From contig LVLI01000050.1 of assembly GCA_001687465.1 (NCBI GenBank), positions 1 to 64,000 on the forward strand: DNA of 64,000 bases. The letters are read 5' to 3'. The notes beneath the pieces are model-generated. The model was not told the DNA's origin and ran no database searches. It saw only the letters and a list, made by a program, of their open reading frames with translations. This DNA is from Halocafeteria seosinensis. Its lineage: Eukaryota. Positions 55,961 through 64,000 of the stretch are shown here, piece after piece (positions within the stretch are counted from its first letter, which is position 1; each line of letters begins with the position of its first letter). A program made the translations under genes and the position numbers.

Positions 55961-56331
55961 AGCCCTCGCAACACACTCCCCATATTCTCGTAGCTCAGAA
56001 GGCAGGGCAACAGCAAACTGCCATCTTTAGAAGAGGAAAAATGACGTCACGTGGTATTGTGTCCTCCATTGAAAGGGGCATGCTACTGAGTCCTCTTTAG
56101 GAATGAGAACTGACTCTTTTTGTCTTCCAGTGTTGTACTCGCTGTTAACTTCGTCGTGATACACATAACCAGCAACCGAAGCAACCAACCTGTCGTCGTA
56201 TACACACCTCCACACTTTGTGCACTAAACTATAGGTAGATCCTAGCTTGTTCTTAGTCGGTGAAAAGCATTGGGGAACCCTTTGGGAAAAGTTTCTCCCT
56301 ACGATTCCGCTTCCCGCTTGCTCTGTGCTAT

Positions 56332-56573
56332 CCGGGCCAACATCCGGGACAAAGACCGGGATTTTCTCCGGTGCCTCTATATGCCCTCCAAACAGCCTTC
56401 ATTAGGATTCTCTCTCTCTCCATGTCCATAGCAATAGTCAGTCCCCACTAACTAAGGGCCAAGTTTGGGTACCTCTATGCCTCATCGAGCAGAGAGCAGG
56501 GTGACAGTCACCCGGTGACTTCAAGGTGTGATCCGGGCGCCGCGCCGGGGAAAAACCCGGGCGAACGGCCGGG
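56332..56573 (+). promoter_or_regulatory. Two arrays of four CCGG(G) motifs at exact 12-nt spacing upstream of the 56632 gene (candidate cis-element)
   Basis: Motif starts at 56332, 56344, 56356, 56368 and 56533, 56545, 56557, 56569; the intervening bases are unrelated. Regulatory role is inference. Confidence 0.45.
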
Positions 56574-56631
56574 AAATTCATTCTATGCAGTATACACTAT
56601 ACATATGAGAGTATAGATTGTCCCCAAAAGG

Positions 56632-59600
56632 ATGTCGGAGGATGCGGAATATCACCACGGAATGCAAACGGGGATTCCAAAGTACAATTGCTGTACTGCC
56701 CCCTGTGCGTGTAGAAGAGGCAGGAGCCAGAAGGGTGGCTTGGGGTTCAGTGGTGGTGGTGGAGGAGGAGGAAGGCGAAGAGCTGCAGCTGCTGCAGCTT
56801 CTGTTCGAGTTTGGAGTTTGCTCGTGTGGAGCATTGGATTAGGTCTCGTATTGTGGCCACAAAGTGGTTGTCGAGGCGGCGATCTACGAAGCAAAATTAC
56901 AGGTCCAGGTATTGATTGTATAAGCTATCATGATACTACTCCTCAATTTACGATGACATGCGATTTGGAGTGGGATGATGCGGACCATATTACCTTGCGT
57001 GCGAATGAAGTTTTCGATGGCAATCATCATATATTCTATATGGACACTCAAGCCTTCAACGGGCTATTTGTTATGGAAAGGAATAGGGAGTATACAAATA
57101 TTAATGTTGATTCTTTTGATAAAGCACCGATTATCCGAAATGTACATGTGAAAAACGGGCAAACCTCCACTGATGGAGGATTCATCGTACAGGCACACCA
57201 GAAGTTCTTTATCGTGGAATCGTGTAGCTCTTCGGGGACAATACGTGGAGGTGGGATCTGTGGGAAATCTTGTGGCGCACACGAAGGCCAAATCAAGATC
57301 ACGAACTCGTCCTCCACTGGTGATGTAACTAGCGACAATGCTGGTGGCATAGCAGGGGCAGGAGTGGGCTCCAATGAAGGCATTGCCAACATTAGTGATT
57401 GTTATTCCACTAGAACTTTGATCGGGGAAGATACCGGAGGGATATGTGGCAAGTATGCAGGAAAGATGAATGGCCAAGTCTACATTACGAACTGCCATTC
57501 AGAAGGCATCATTGAAGGAACGCAAGCTGGAGGAATAGTTGGTGGCGAGGCTGGAGCTGATGGTGGATATGTGTACATTCATGGATGCTACTCTACGGGT
57601 GAAATCCAGGGAGACTACAGCGGCGGAATCACAGGCGAAGACGCCGGTGAGGACAACGGGGAGGTCCGTATTATATCGTGCTATAGTACTGGGGATATTT
57701 CGGGAGACGGAGCAGGTGGTATTTGTGGGTCACTTAGATATGCTGGTACAGGTACAGCAGATACAGGCGGAGGATCAGTCTATATCGCACAGTCATATTC
57801 CAAGGGGAATATTCAAGGAGGTGGAAGTGGTGGGATTGTTGGAAGCGAAGCTGGATCGGAAGAAAGTTTCCTTAAGATTACGGAATGTTACTCTACAGGT
57901 GATATGATTGGTTCCAATTCAGGTGGGATTATCGGGAGTAATGCAGCAGAACATAATGGTAAAGTTGACATCAAAGACTGCTACAGTACAGGGAAGAAAG
58001 ATGGGGAGTCTTCGGGCGGCATCTGTGGTGCCAATGCCGGGAAGCACTGTGGTGGAACGTGTAGTATTGATATTGAAAACACGTATGCGTCGGGAGACAT
58101 CACAAGAAGCAACGCTGGTGGTATTATAGGAAGTATTGGTGATTGGCGTGCACATATCAACATTCGCTATTCCGTGTATCGGCATCGACTTGTGGGCTCA
58201 GCTGCCTCCAGCCCACAGGCAACAGGTAATTCTGATAATTTGGAGGATATTGATGGAAAATTATATAAGCATAACGGCACAACAAGATGGTCAGAGGCTG
58301 TATGGGCTACAAATGGGACAAATGAGTTCCCTATATTGCGCTTTCAGCTTCCAACACCGAGTCCCACTGCCACTTCAACGCCTTCACACACCCCATCTCC
58401 TACTTCTACAGGGACTTCTAGCCGCACAAGAACCCCAGCCAGGACTGCTACGTCGTCAATGACGCCTACAGGGACTCTGACAGCTACGCCAACAGTGACC
58501 TCGACGCTTACACCTACGGTCAGTCCGACTCCAACGCCTACGAGTACGCCAAGTAAGACACCTACAAAGACTATCACGCCTACCAGTACAAACACCAGGA
58601 CGAGTACGCCTTCATCTACAGGGACTTCTACAGGTAGCCCTACGGGAACCAGCACTCGCACGAGAACGCCTTCATCTACCCCGACGTCTAGCGAAACAGG
58701 CACAGGAACCAGAACTCCTACTCCTAGTGAAACAGCGACAAGCACTGCCAGTGAATCAGCTTCTCGAACTCCTACCGCTAGTTTGACAAGCACATCGAGC
58801 AGTTCCCCAACAAGCGCAAGGACCGTAACATCGTCAAGCACTCATACAACGTCACCTACAAGAACCAGCACACCCAGTTCCAGCGAAACGACAAGTAGTT
58901 CTCCCACTAGCACACCGACGAGAACTGTGACCCAAACACCGAGCTTAACAGAAACTCCCACAGAAACACGTACAGTGACATCAACAGTATCCCGTACAAG
59001 CAGAGTCACAGGAACACCCACTTCTACTCGCACGCCGTCTCCCACAAGAACTATTTCTCCGTCCGCTTTATCCAGCGTGAGTCCTTCCGTTACTTCAACA
59101 GGTACGTTTTCATCCACGCCTACGTCGGAAGCTGTTGTCGATGATTCACTTTCCTCGGAATTAAGAGGCGGCAACAAAGGAGGCTTGTCGTCTGCTTTAC
59201 ATACTTCCGTAGCCGCTTCACTAGGTGGAGCTATGTTACTGATAATAATCTACCTTGTATATCGGCGAAGGAAGAACCAAGTGGTGGCTAAATCGTCTAG
59301 TGACCCTAGAGCAATGTATGCGACACAACTCGGAATACCTGTGGAAAGCTTGAAGCTAATGTCGTCGCTTGAGAGCGGTAGCCATGTTTCGATTGTACCA
59401 CATGATACCTATGCTTTGGTGTCGGAAACTGGTCGTCATGAGGGAATTTCCCCGTTACCGGGAGCATCTCAAGTGTTTGCTAGTGGCCAAATGGGAGAGT
59501 TAAAGGTTGCTCACATTAACCCCATCGCGTCGAACGCCCAGCGCGAACGTGCTGAGCAAACGCAGTCAGTGATGCAGAGACAGACGGTGGAAAATAAATT

Positions 59601-60234
59601 CTCGCTTAAGGCTGGGAAAACTGAACAGAGAGAGGTAAAAGCATTTTCTCTCTCTGGCATTCAAAGTGGAAGGACAGATTTACCAGTTCCAGTCGGTATG
59701 AGCATCGACGCTGGGGTGGGTTCCAATCAGCCTCGGGTTATCTTGGTGGATACTAGTTCTCTCGCAGGTCGGTCTTCAGGAACAGTTCGTATCGTCTCCA
59801 CGAAAACGCCAAAACTGGAGCTTGCAGGAAGAAATAAATCGGGTGCTGGCAATCCCACGATTCAGTTAGCTGTGGCAGCCGATCTTGACACCGCTCAGTT
59901 GCGACACATTGATCGAGTCCGGTTGAAGTTGCGGTATTGGAAGGCTAAGCTCTTGGCGGAAGCGCCTCCGCTGGTACAAGTTGAAACTGGCCAAACCAAG
60001 CATCCTGGAGATGGCGATCACTCTTCTCTATCATTGGGAACTGTTCTCCCTCCTCTACCTGGAAGCCATATTCGCCGACTGGAGTTTGCCAACTCGAATA
60101 CCGGTGATGGTCTACAGTCGTATGGCGTCGTTGAACGCCACCGTAGCAGACTTCGCCTCGAGACCGAGGCCCAAAAGAAACTCTTTCGACCCCAGGTTCC
60201 GCGAAGTAAACGAGCCTTGTACATGCACGAATAA
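56632..60234 (+). CDS. GLUG-like TM receptor, 10 coils, 1200 aa
   Basis: ORF track; leader with poly-Gly and poly-Ala then VWSLLVWSIGLGLVLW; TM and full cytoplasmic domain. Confidence 0.9.
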   Translation: MSEDAEYHHGMQTGIPKYNCCTAPCACRRGRSQKGGLGFSGGGGGGGRRRAAAAAASVRVWSLLVWSIGLGLVLWPQSGCRGGDLRSKITGPGIDCISYHDTTPQFTMTCDLEWDDADHITLRANEVFDGNHHIFYMDTQAFNGLFVMERNREYTNINVDSFDKAPIIRNVHVKNGQTSTDGGFIVQAHQKFFIVESCSSSGTIRGGGICGKSCGAHEGQIKITNSSSTGDVTSDNAGGIAGAGVGSNEGIANISDCYSTRTLIGEDTGGICGKYAGKMNGQVYITNCHSEGIIEGTQAGGIVGGEAGADGGYVYIHGCYSTGEIQGDYSGGITGEDAGEDNGEVRIISCYSTGDISGDGAGGICGSLRYAGTGTADTGGGSVYIAQSYSKGNIQGGGSGGIVGSEAGSEESFLKITECYSTGDMIGSNSGGIIGSNAAEHNGKVDIKDCYSTGKKDGESSGGICGANAGKHCGGTCSIDIENTYASGDITRSNAGGIIGSIGDWRAHINIRYSVYRHRLVGSAASSPQATGNSDNLEDIDGKLYKHNGTTRWSEAVWATNGTNEFPILRFQLPTPSPTATSTPSHTPSPTSTGTSSRTRTPARTATSSMTPTGTLTATPTVTSTLTPTVSPTPTPTSTPSKTPTKTITPTSTNTRTSTPSSTGTSTGSPTGTSTRTRTPSSTPTSSETGTGTRTPTPSETATSTASESASRTPTASLTSTSSSSPTSARTVTSSSTHTTSPTRTSTPSSSETTSSSPTSTPTRTVTQTPSLTETPTETRTVTSTVSRTSRVTGTPTSTRTPSPTRTISPSALSSVSPSVTSTGTFSSTPTSEAVVDDSLSSELRGGNKGGLSSALHTSVAASLGGAMLLIIIYLVYRRRKNQVVAKSSSDPRAMYATQLGIPVESLKLMSSLESGSHVSIVPHDTYALVSETGRHEGISPLPGASQVFASGQMGELKVAHINPIASNAQRERAEQTQSVMQRQTVENKFSLKAGKTEQREVKAFSLSGIQSGRTDLPVPVGMSIDAGVGSNQPRVILVDTSSLAGRSSGTVRIVSTKTPKLELAGRNKSGAGNPTIQLAVAADLDTAQLRHIDRVRLKLRYWKAKLLAEAPPLVQVETGQTKHPGDGDHSSLSLGTVLPPLPGSHIRRLEFANSNTGDGLQSYGVVERHRSRLRLETEAQKKLFRPQVPRSKRALYMHE

Positions 60235-60899
60235 GCTGACCAAAGTGGCCTCTCTAGTGAGAATAAGATATTACTGGCGTGGGTCCGCATGAATGAGTTC
60301 CCGTAGATACTGATCAATGGCAATTGCTCCGTACTCTATGGCGAAAAATCGGGTTGAAATGCTATGAAATGCCACTCAAGCCATCCATTTAGCCAGCAAC
60401 AATGCTTCACTTCCGTTCACATCTATTGTGTGTTCGTTTCCGCATAGTTACAAATACAACCCACTTGCAAGTCGATCAGTCGGAGACGCGGGACCTATCA
60501 TCGCGTCCCATTCTCTTCTCAAGCATTGATACTTCGATTCACTTGCACTTTCTGTCGTGCAGAGAAGAATGCTCAACTCACGGAATTAGTAGACTAATTA
60601 CAGTTTCTCGAAAGTCTGACTTCCTTTCTCCCAGGCGCAAAGCCCGGAAGAAAAGATCCGCCGGTGTCCCATTGAGTCGTCCCGGGAGGGAACACGCATA
60701 CAGTACAAGAAGTTTGAGGGGACCACTGTTGCTCTTCAATCCTTTGTCGTGTGTACCGTACAGTGTGGTGTGGCACATAATTGTTTCTCCCGCATGAGCA
60801 GAGTGGAAGTGGACGATCCATCGTGTCCATGTACTGTAGTGGTTGCATGAGGGCAGCAGAAAGAAAGAAATTCGGTTGGGTTAGGTTTGGGGTTCTAGG

Positions 60900-63800
60900 A
60901 TGGTGAGAAAGAAGAATTTTCAACCCCCAAGCACTGCTTTGGCGACAGACAAAGGTTTCCCTTGTGCTGTTCCCGGAGGAAAAGCGCGTCGACTGCTTGC
61001 TTGTGCTATTGGACTGAGTCTTGTGGTACAAGTATTGTCCACTGGACTGGATCGCCGCCAGGAGATTGTAGATGGCAAGGTGAATTGTATTAGCTATATT
61101 GCTACAGAGCGACTTTTTCGGATGAACTGCATTTTGGACTGGGGAGCTCACAAGTATGACCACTCCGACTATATCACTCTGCTTGCGAACGAGGTCTTTG
61201 ATGGAAACCATCACACCTTCGAGCTGAATGATTCTCATGACGTCTTTGAGGGAATTTTTGCCATCAAGTCTGATGGCAACGCTAGCGAAGGAACAGTTGA
61301 GTCTTTCGAGCAAGCACCTATCATCCGAAATGTGCATGTCAGCGGCGGGACAACCTCAAGCGGTGGAGGATTCATTGTTCGAGCAAAGCAGAAGTTCTTT
61401 ATCGTAGAATCGTGTACTTCATCAGGTAAAATACGTGGGGGTGGAATCTGCGGGGACTGTTGTAGTGCAAATGGAGGCCAGATTAAGATAACGAATTCGT
61501 CTTCCACAGGTGATGTCCATGCTGACGGCGCTGGTGGTATAACAGGATCCAGACTGGGTTACGACAGGGGTATTGCGAACGTTAGCAACTGCCATTCCAC
61601 AGGGCATTTAGTCAAAAGAAATGTCGGTGGAATATGTGGGCAGTTTGCGGGTGGTAAGGAAGGCCACGTTTATATCAAGAACTGTTACTCGAGAGGAATG
61701 ATAGAAGGGGCAGAAAGCGGTGGGATTGTGGGAGGAGAGGCTGGATTTCATACGGGACATGTGCACGTCGAGGGATGCTACTCGACAGGTACAATATATG
61801 GAGTTGGCAGCGGTGGAATCACGGGAGATGACCCAGGCCAAGGAGGTGGAGAAGTTCGAGTGACATTGTGCCATAGTGCTGGAGGTATCTCAGGTTCAAA
61901 TGCAGGTGGTATTTGTGGTTACCTTAACTATCAACTTGATGGAAATGTGGATGGAGGAGGTTTAGTGTATATTTGGCAATCATACTCGGAGGGACAAATT
62001 GGATCGAATAATGTTGGTCAAAGTGGTGGGATTGTTGGAAGCGAAGCTGGATCGGAAACGGGTTACCTTAAGATTACGGAATGTTACTCTACAGGTGATA
62101 TTATTGGTTCCAATTCAGGTGGAATTACGGGGAATAATGCAGCAGCACGTAATGGTAAAGTTTCCATCAAAGACTGCTACAGTAGAGGGAAGATAGATGG
62201 GCAATCTTCGGGCGGCATCTGTGGTGCCAATGCCGGGAAGGACTGTGTCAGTGGTGGAACGTGTAGTCTTGATATTGAAAACACGTATGCGTCGGGAGAC
62301 ATCACGCGAAGTAAAAACGCTGGTGGTATTATAGGAAGCATTGTTGGCGACGCTGCAGGTATCAGCGTTAGCTATTCCGTGTATCGGTATCCACTTGTGG
62401 GCTCCGGGACCCCTAGCCCACAGGCAACAGGTAATTCTGAAAGTCTGGAGGATATCAATGGAACACTATATAAGCATAACGGCACAACAAGATGGTCAGA
62501 GGCTGTATGGGCTACAAATGGGACAAGTGAGTTCCCTATATTGCGCTTTCAGCTTCCAACACCGAGTCCCACTGCCACTTCAACGCCTTCAAACACCCCA
62601 TCTCCTACTTCTACAGGGACTTCTAGCCGCACAAGAACCCCAACCAGGACTGCTACGTCGTCAATGACGCCTACAGGGACTCTGACAGCTACGCCAACAG
62701 TGACCTCGACGCTTACACCTACGGTCAGTCGGACTCCAACGCCTACGAGTACGCCAAGTAAGACACCTACAGAGACTATCACGCCTACCAGTACAAACAC
62801 CAGGACGAGTACGCCCTCATCTACAGGGACTTCTACGGGTAGTCCTACGGGAACCAGCACTCGCACGAGAACGCCTTCATCTACAGGGACTTCTACAGGC
62901 AGTCCTACGGGAACCAGCACTCGCACGAGAACGCCTTCATCTACCCCGACGTCTAGCGAAACAGTCACAGGAACCAAAACTCCTACTCCTAGTGAAACAG
63001 CGACAAGCACTGCCAGTGAATCAGCTTCTCGAACTCCTACCGCTAGTTTGACAAGCACATCGAGCAGTTCACCAACGAACTCAAGGACCGTAACATCGTC
63101 AAGCACTCATACAATGTCACCTACCAGAACACCCAGTTCCAGCGAAACGACAAGTAGTTCTCCCACTAGCACACCGGCGAGAACTGTGACCCAAACACCG
63201 AGCTTAACAGAAACTCCCACAGAAACGCGTACAGTGACATCGACAGTATCCCGTACAAGCAGAGTGTCAGGAACACCCACTTCTACTCGCACGCCGTCTC
63301 CCACACGCACTGCCACAAGAACTATTTCTCCGTCCGCTTCATCCAGCGTGAGTCCTTCCGTTACTTCAACAGGTACCTTTTCATCTACGCCTACGTCGGA
63401 AGCTGTTGTCGATGATTCACTTTCCTCGGAATTAAGAGGCGGCAACAGAGGAGGTTTGTCGTCTGCTTTACGTACTTCCGCAGCCGCTTCACTAGGCGGA
63501 GCTATGTTACTGATAATAATCTACCTTGTATATCGGCGAAGGAAAAACCAAGTGGTGGCTAAATTGTCTAGTGACCCAAGAGCAATGTATGCGACACAAC
63601 TCGGAATACCTGTGGAAAGCTTGAAGCTAATGTCGTCCCTTGAGAGCGGTGGCCATGTTTCGATTGTACCACATGATACCTGTGCTTTGGTGTCTGAAAC
63701 TGGTCGTCATGAGGGAATTTCCCCGTTATCGGGAGCATCTCAAGTGTTTGCTAGTGGCCAAATGGGAGAGTTAAAGGTTGCTCATATCAACCCCATCGCG

Positions 63801-64000
63801 TCTAACGCCCAGCGCGAACGTGCTGAGCAAACCCCGTCATCGATGCGGATGCAGACGGTAGAAAATAAATTCTCGCTTAAGGCTGGGAAAACTGAGCAGA
63901 GAGAGGTAAAAGCATTTTCTCTCTCTGGCATTCAAAGTGGAAGGACAGATTTACCAGTTCCAGTCGGTATGAGCATCGACGCTGGGGTGGGTTCCAAATT
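60900..64000 (+). CDS. GLUG-like TM receptor, 10 coils, 3' end beyond window
   Basis: Hand translation from ATG 60900 (MVRKKNFQPP...LLACAIGLSLVVQVLSTGLDRR...YITLLANEVFDGNHH); head is open and the tail at the window end is in the same frame. Near-identical to the 56632 gene from about 62025, with a 60-nt stalk duplication around 62810-62940. Confidence 0.88.
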   Translation, partial: MVRKKNFQPPSTALATDKGFPCAVPGGKARRLLACAIGLSLVVQVLSTGLDRRQEIVDGKVNCISYIATERLFRMNCILDWGAHKYDHSDYITLLANEVFDGNHHTFELNDSHDVFEGIFAIKSDGNASEGTVESFEQAPIIRNVHVSGGTTSSGGGFIVRAKQKFFIVESCTSSGKIRGGGICGDCCSANGGQIKITNSSSTGDVHADGAGGITGSRLGYDRGIANVSNCHSTGHLVKRNVGGICGQFAGGKEGHVYIKNCYSRGMIEGAESGGIVGGEAGFHTGHVHVEGCYSTGTIYGVGSGGITGDDPGQGGGEVRVTLCHSAGGISGSNAGGICGYLNYQLDGNVDGGGLVYIWQSYSEGQIGSNNVGQSGGIVGSEAGSETGYLKITECYSTGDIIGSNSGGITGNNAAARNGKVSIKDCYSRGKIDGQSSGGICGANAGKDCVSGGTCSLDIENTYASGDITRSKNAGGIIGSIVGDAAGISVSYSVYRYPLVGSGTPSPQATGNSESLEDINGTLYKHNGTTRWSEAVWATNGTSEFPILRFQLPTPSPTATSTPSNTPSPTSTGTSSRTRTPTRTATSSMTPTGTLTATPTVTSTLTPTVSRTPTPTSTPSKTPTETITPTSTNTRTSTPSSTGTSTGSPTGTSTRTRTPSSTGTSTGSPTGTSTRTRTPSSTPTSSETVTGTKTPTPSETATSTASESASRTPTASLTSTSSSSPTNSRTVTSSSTHTMSPTRTPSSSETTSSSPTSTPARTVTQTPSLTETPTETRTVTSTVSRTSRVSGTPTSTRTPSPTRTATRTISPSASSSVSPSVTSTGTFSSTPTSEAVVDDSLSSELRGGNRGGLSSALRTSAAASLGGAMLLIIIYLVYRRRKNQVVAKLSSDPRAMYATQLGIPVESLKLMSSLESGGHVSIVPHDTCALVSETGRHEGISPLSGASQVFASGQMGELKVAHINPIASNAQRERAEQTPSSMRMQTVENKFSLKAGKTEQREVKAFSLSGIQSGRTDLPVPVGMSIDAGVGSK

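Noticed and set aside
1067..63445. Many Val/Leu-rich antisense ORFs (e.g. 3641..4129, 26906..27484, 31940..32527, 62549..63106)
   Set aside because: They are reverse-complement shadows of Thr/Ser/Pro stalk codons; not independent membrane proteins.
1..64000. Diversity-generating retroelement or dedicated recombinase driving variation
   Set aside because: No reverse transcriptase or recombinase ORF seen, and paralogue differences do not look adenine-specific by eye.
1..64000. Bacterial or giant-virus origin of the contig
   Set aside because: Consistent spliceosomal introns in the LRR genes, long intergenic regions and no operon-like or viral core genes.

Overview
Eukaryotic (protist-like) genomic DNA: a leucine-rich-repeat gene here has six canonical 58-65-nt GT-AG introns. 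About three quarters of the window is an array of roughly 14 intronless paralogues of one surface-protein family. Each has a hydrophobic leader, a conserved cap (ITL.ANE.FDG...AP.IRNLH..NG.T...GF.V...Q.FFIV.SCSS.G), then 7-14 Gly/Cys-rich ~31-aa coils (GG[IV][CVIT]G...V.I..CYSTG.I.G, resembling GLUG-type beta-helix repeats), a conserved hinge (VWA.NG..E[LF]P[VI]LRFQLPTPSP) and a Ser/Thr mucin-like stalk. The C-terminus is one of two types: a TM helix plus a conserved ~300-aa cytoplasmic domain I do not recognise (8 copies), or a short basic tail without TM (4 copies). The sequence shows head/tail swapping between copies, coil expansion mostly in blocks of three, a length-variable aromatic loop, two-headed fusion genes and several frameshifted copies. 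I infer a recombination-diversified receptor/decoy repertoire. Also present: an ORF resembling bacterial polymorphic-toxin ParB/Srx domains, a one-LRR-per-exon gene with decayed paralogues, a TPR protein, fragments resembling a non-LTR retrotransposon endonuclease and a Tc1-type TA-CAG-TA footprint. No database searches were run; family names come from motif recognition, and single-base frameshifts could be assembly errors (there are Ns at 33417 and 45434).
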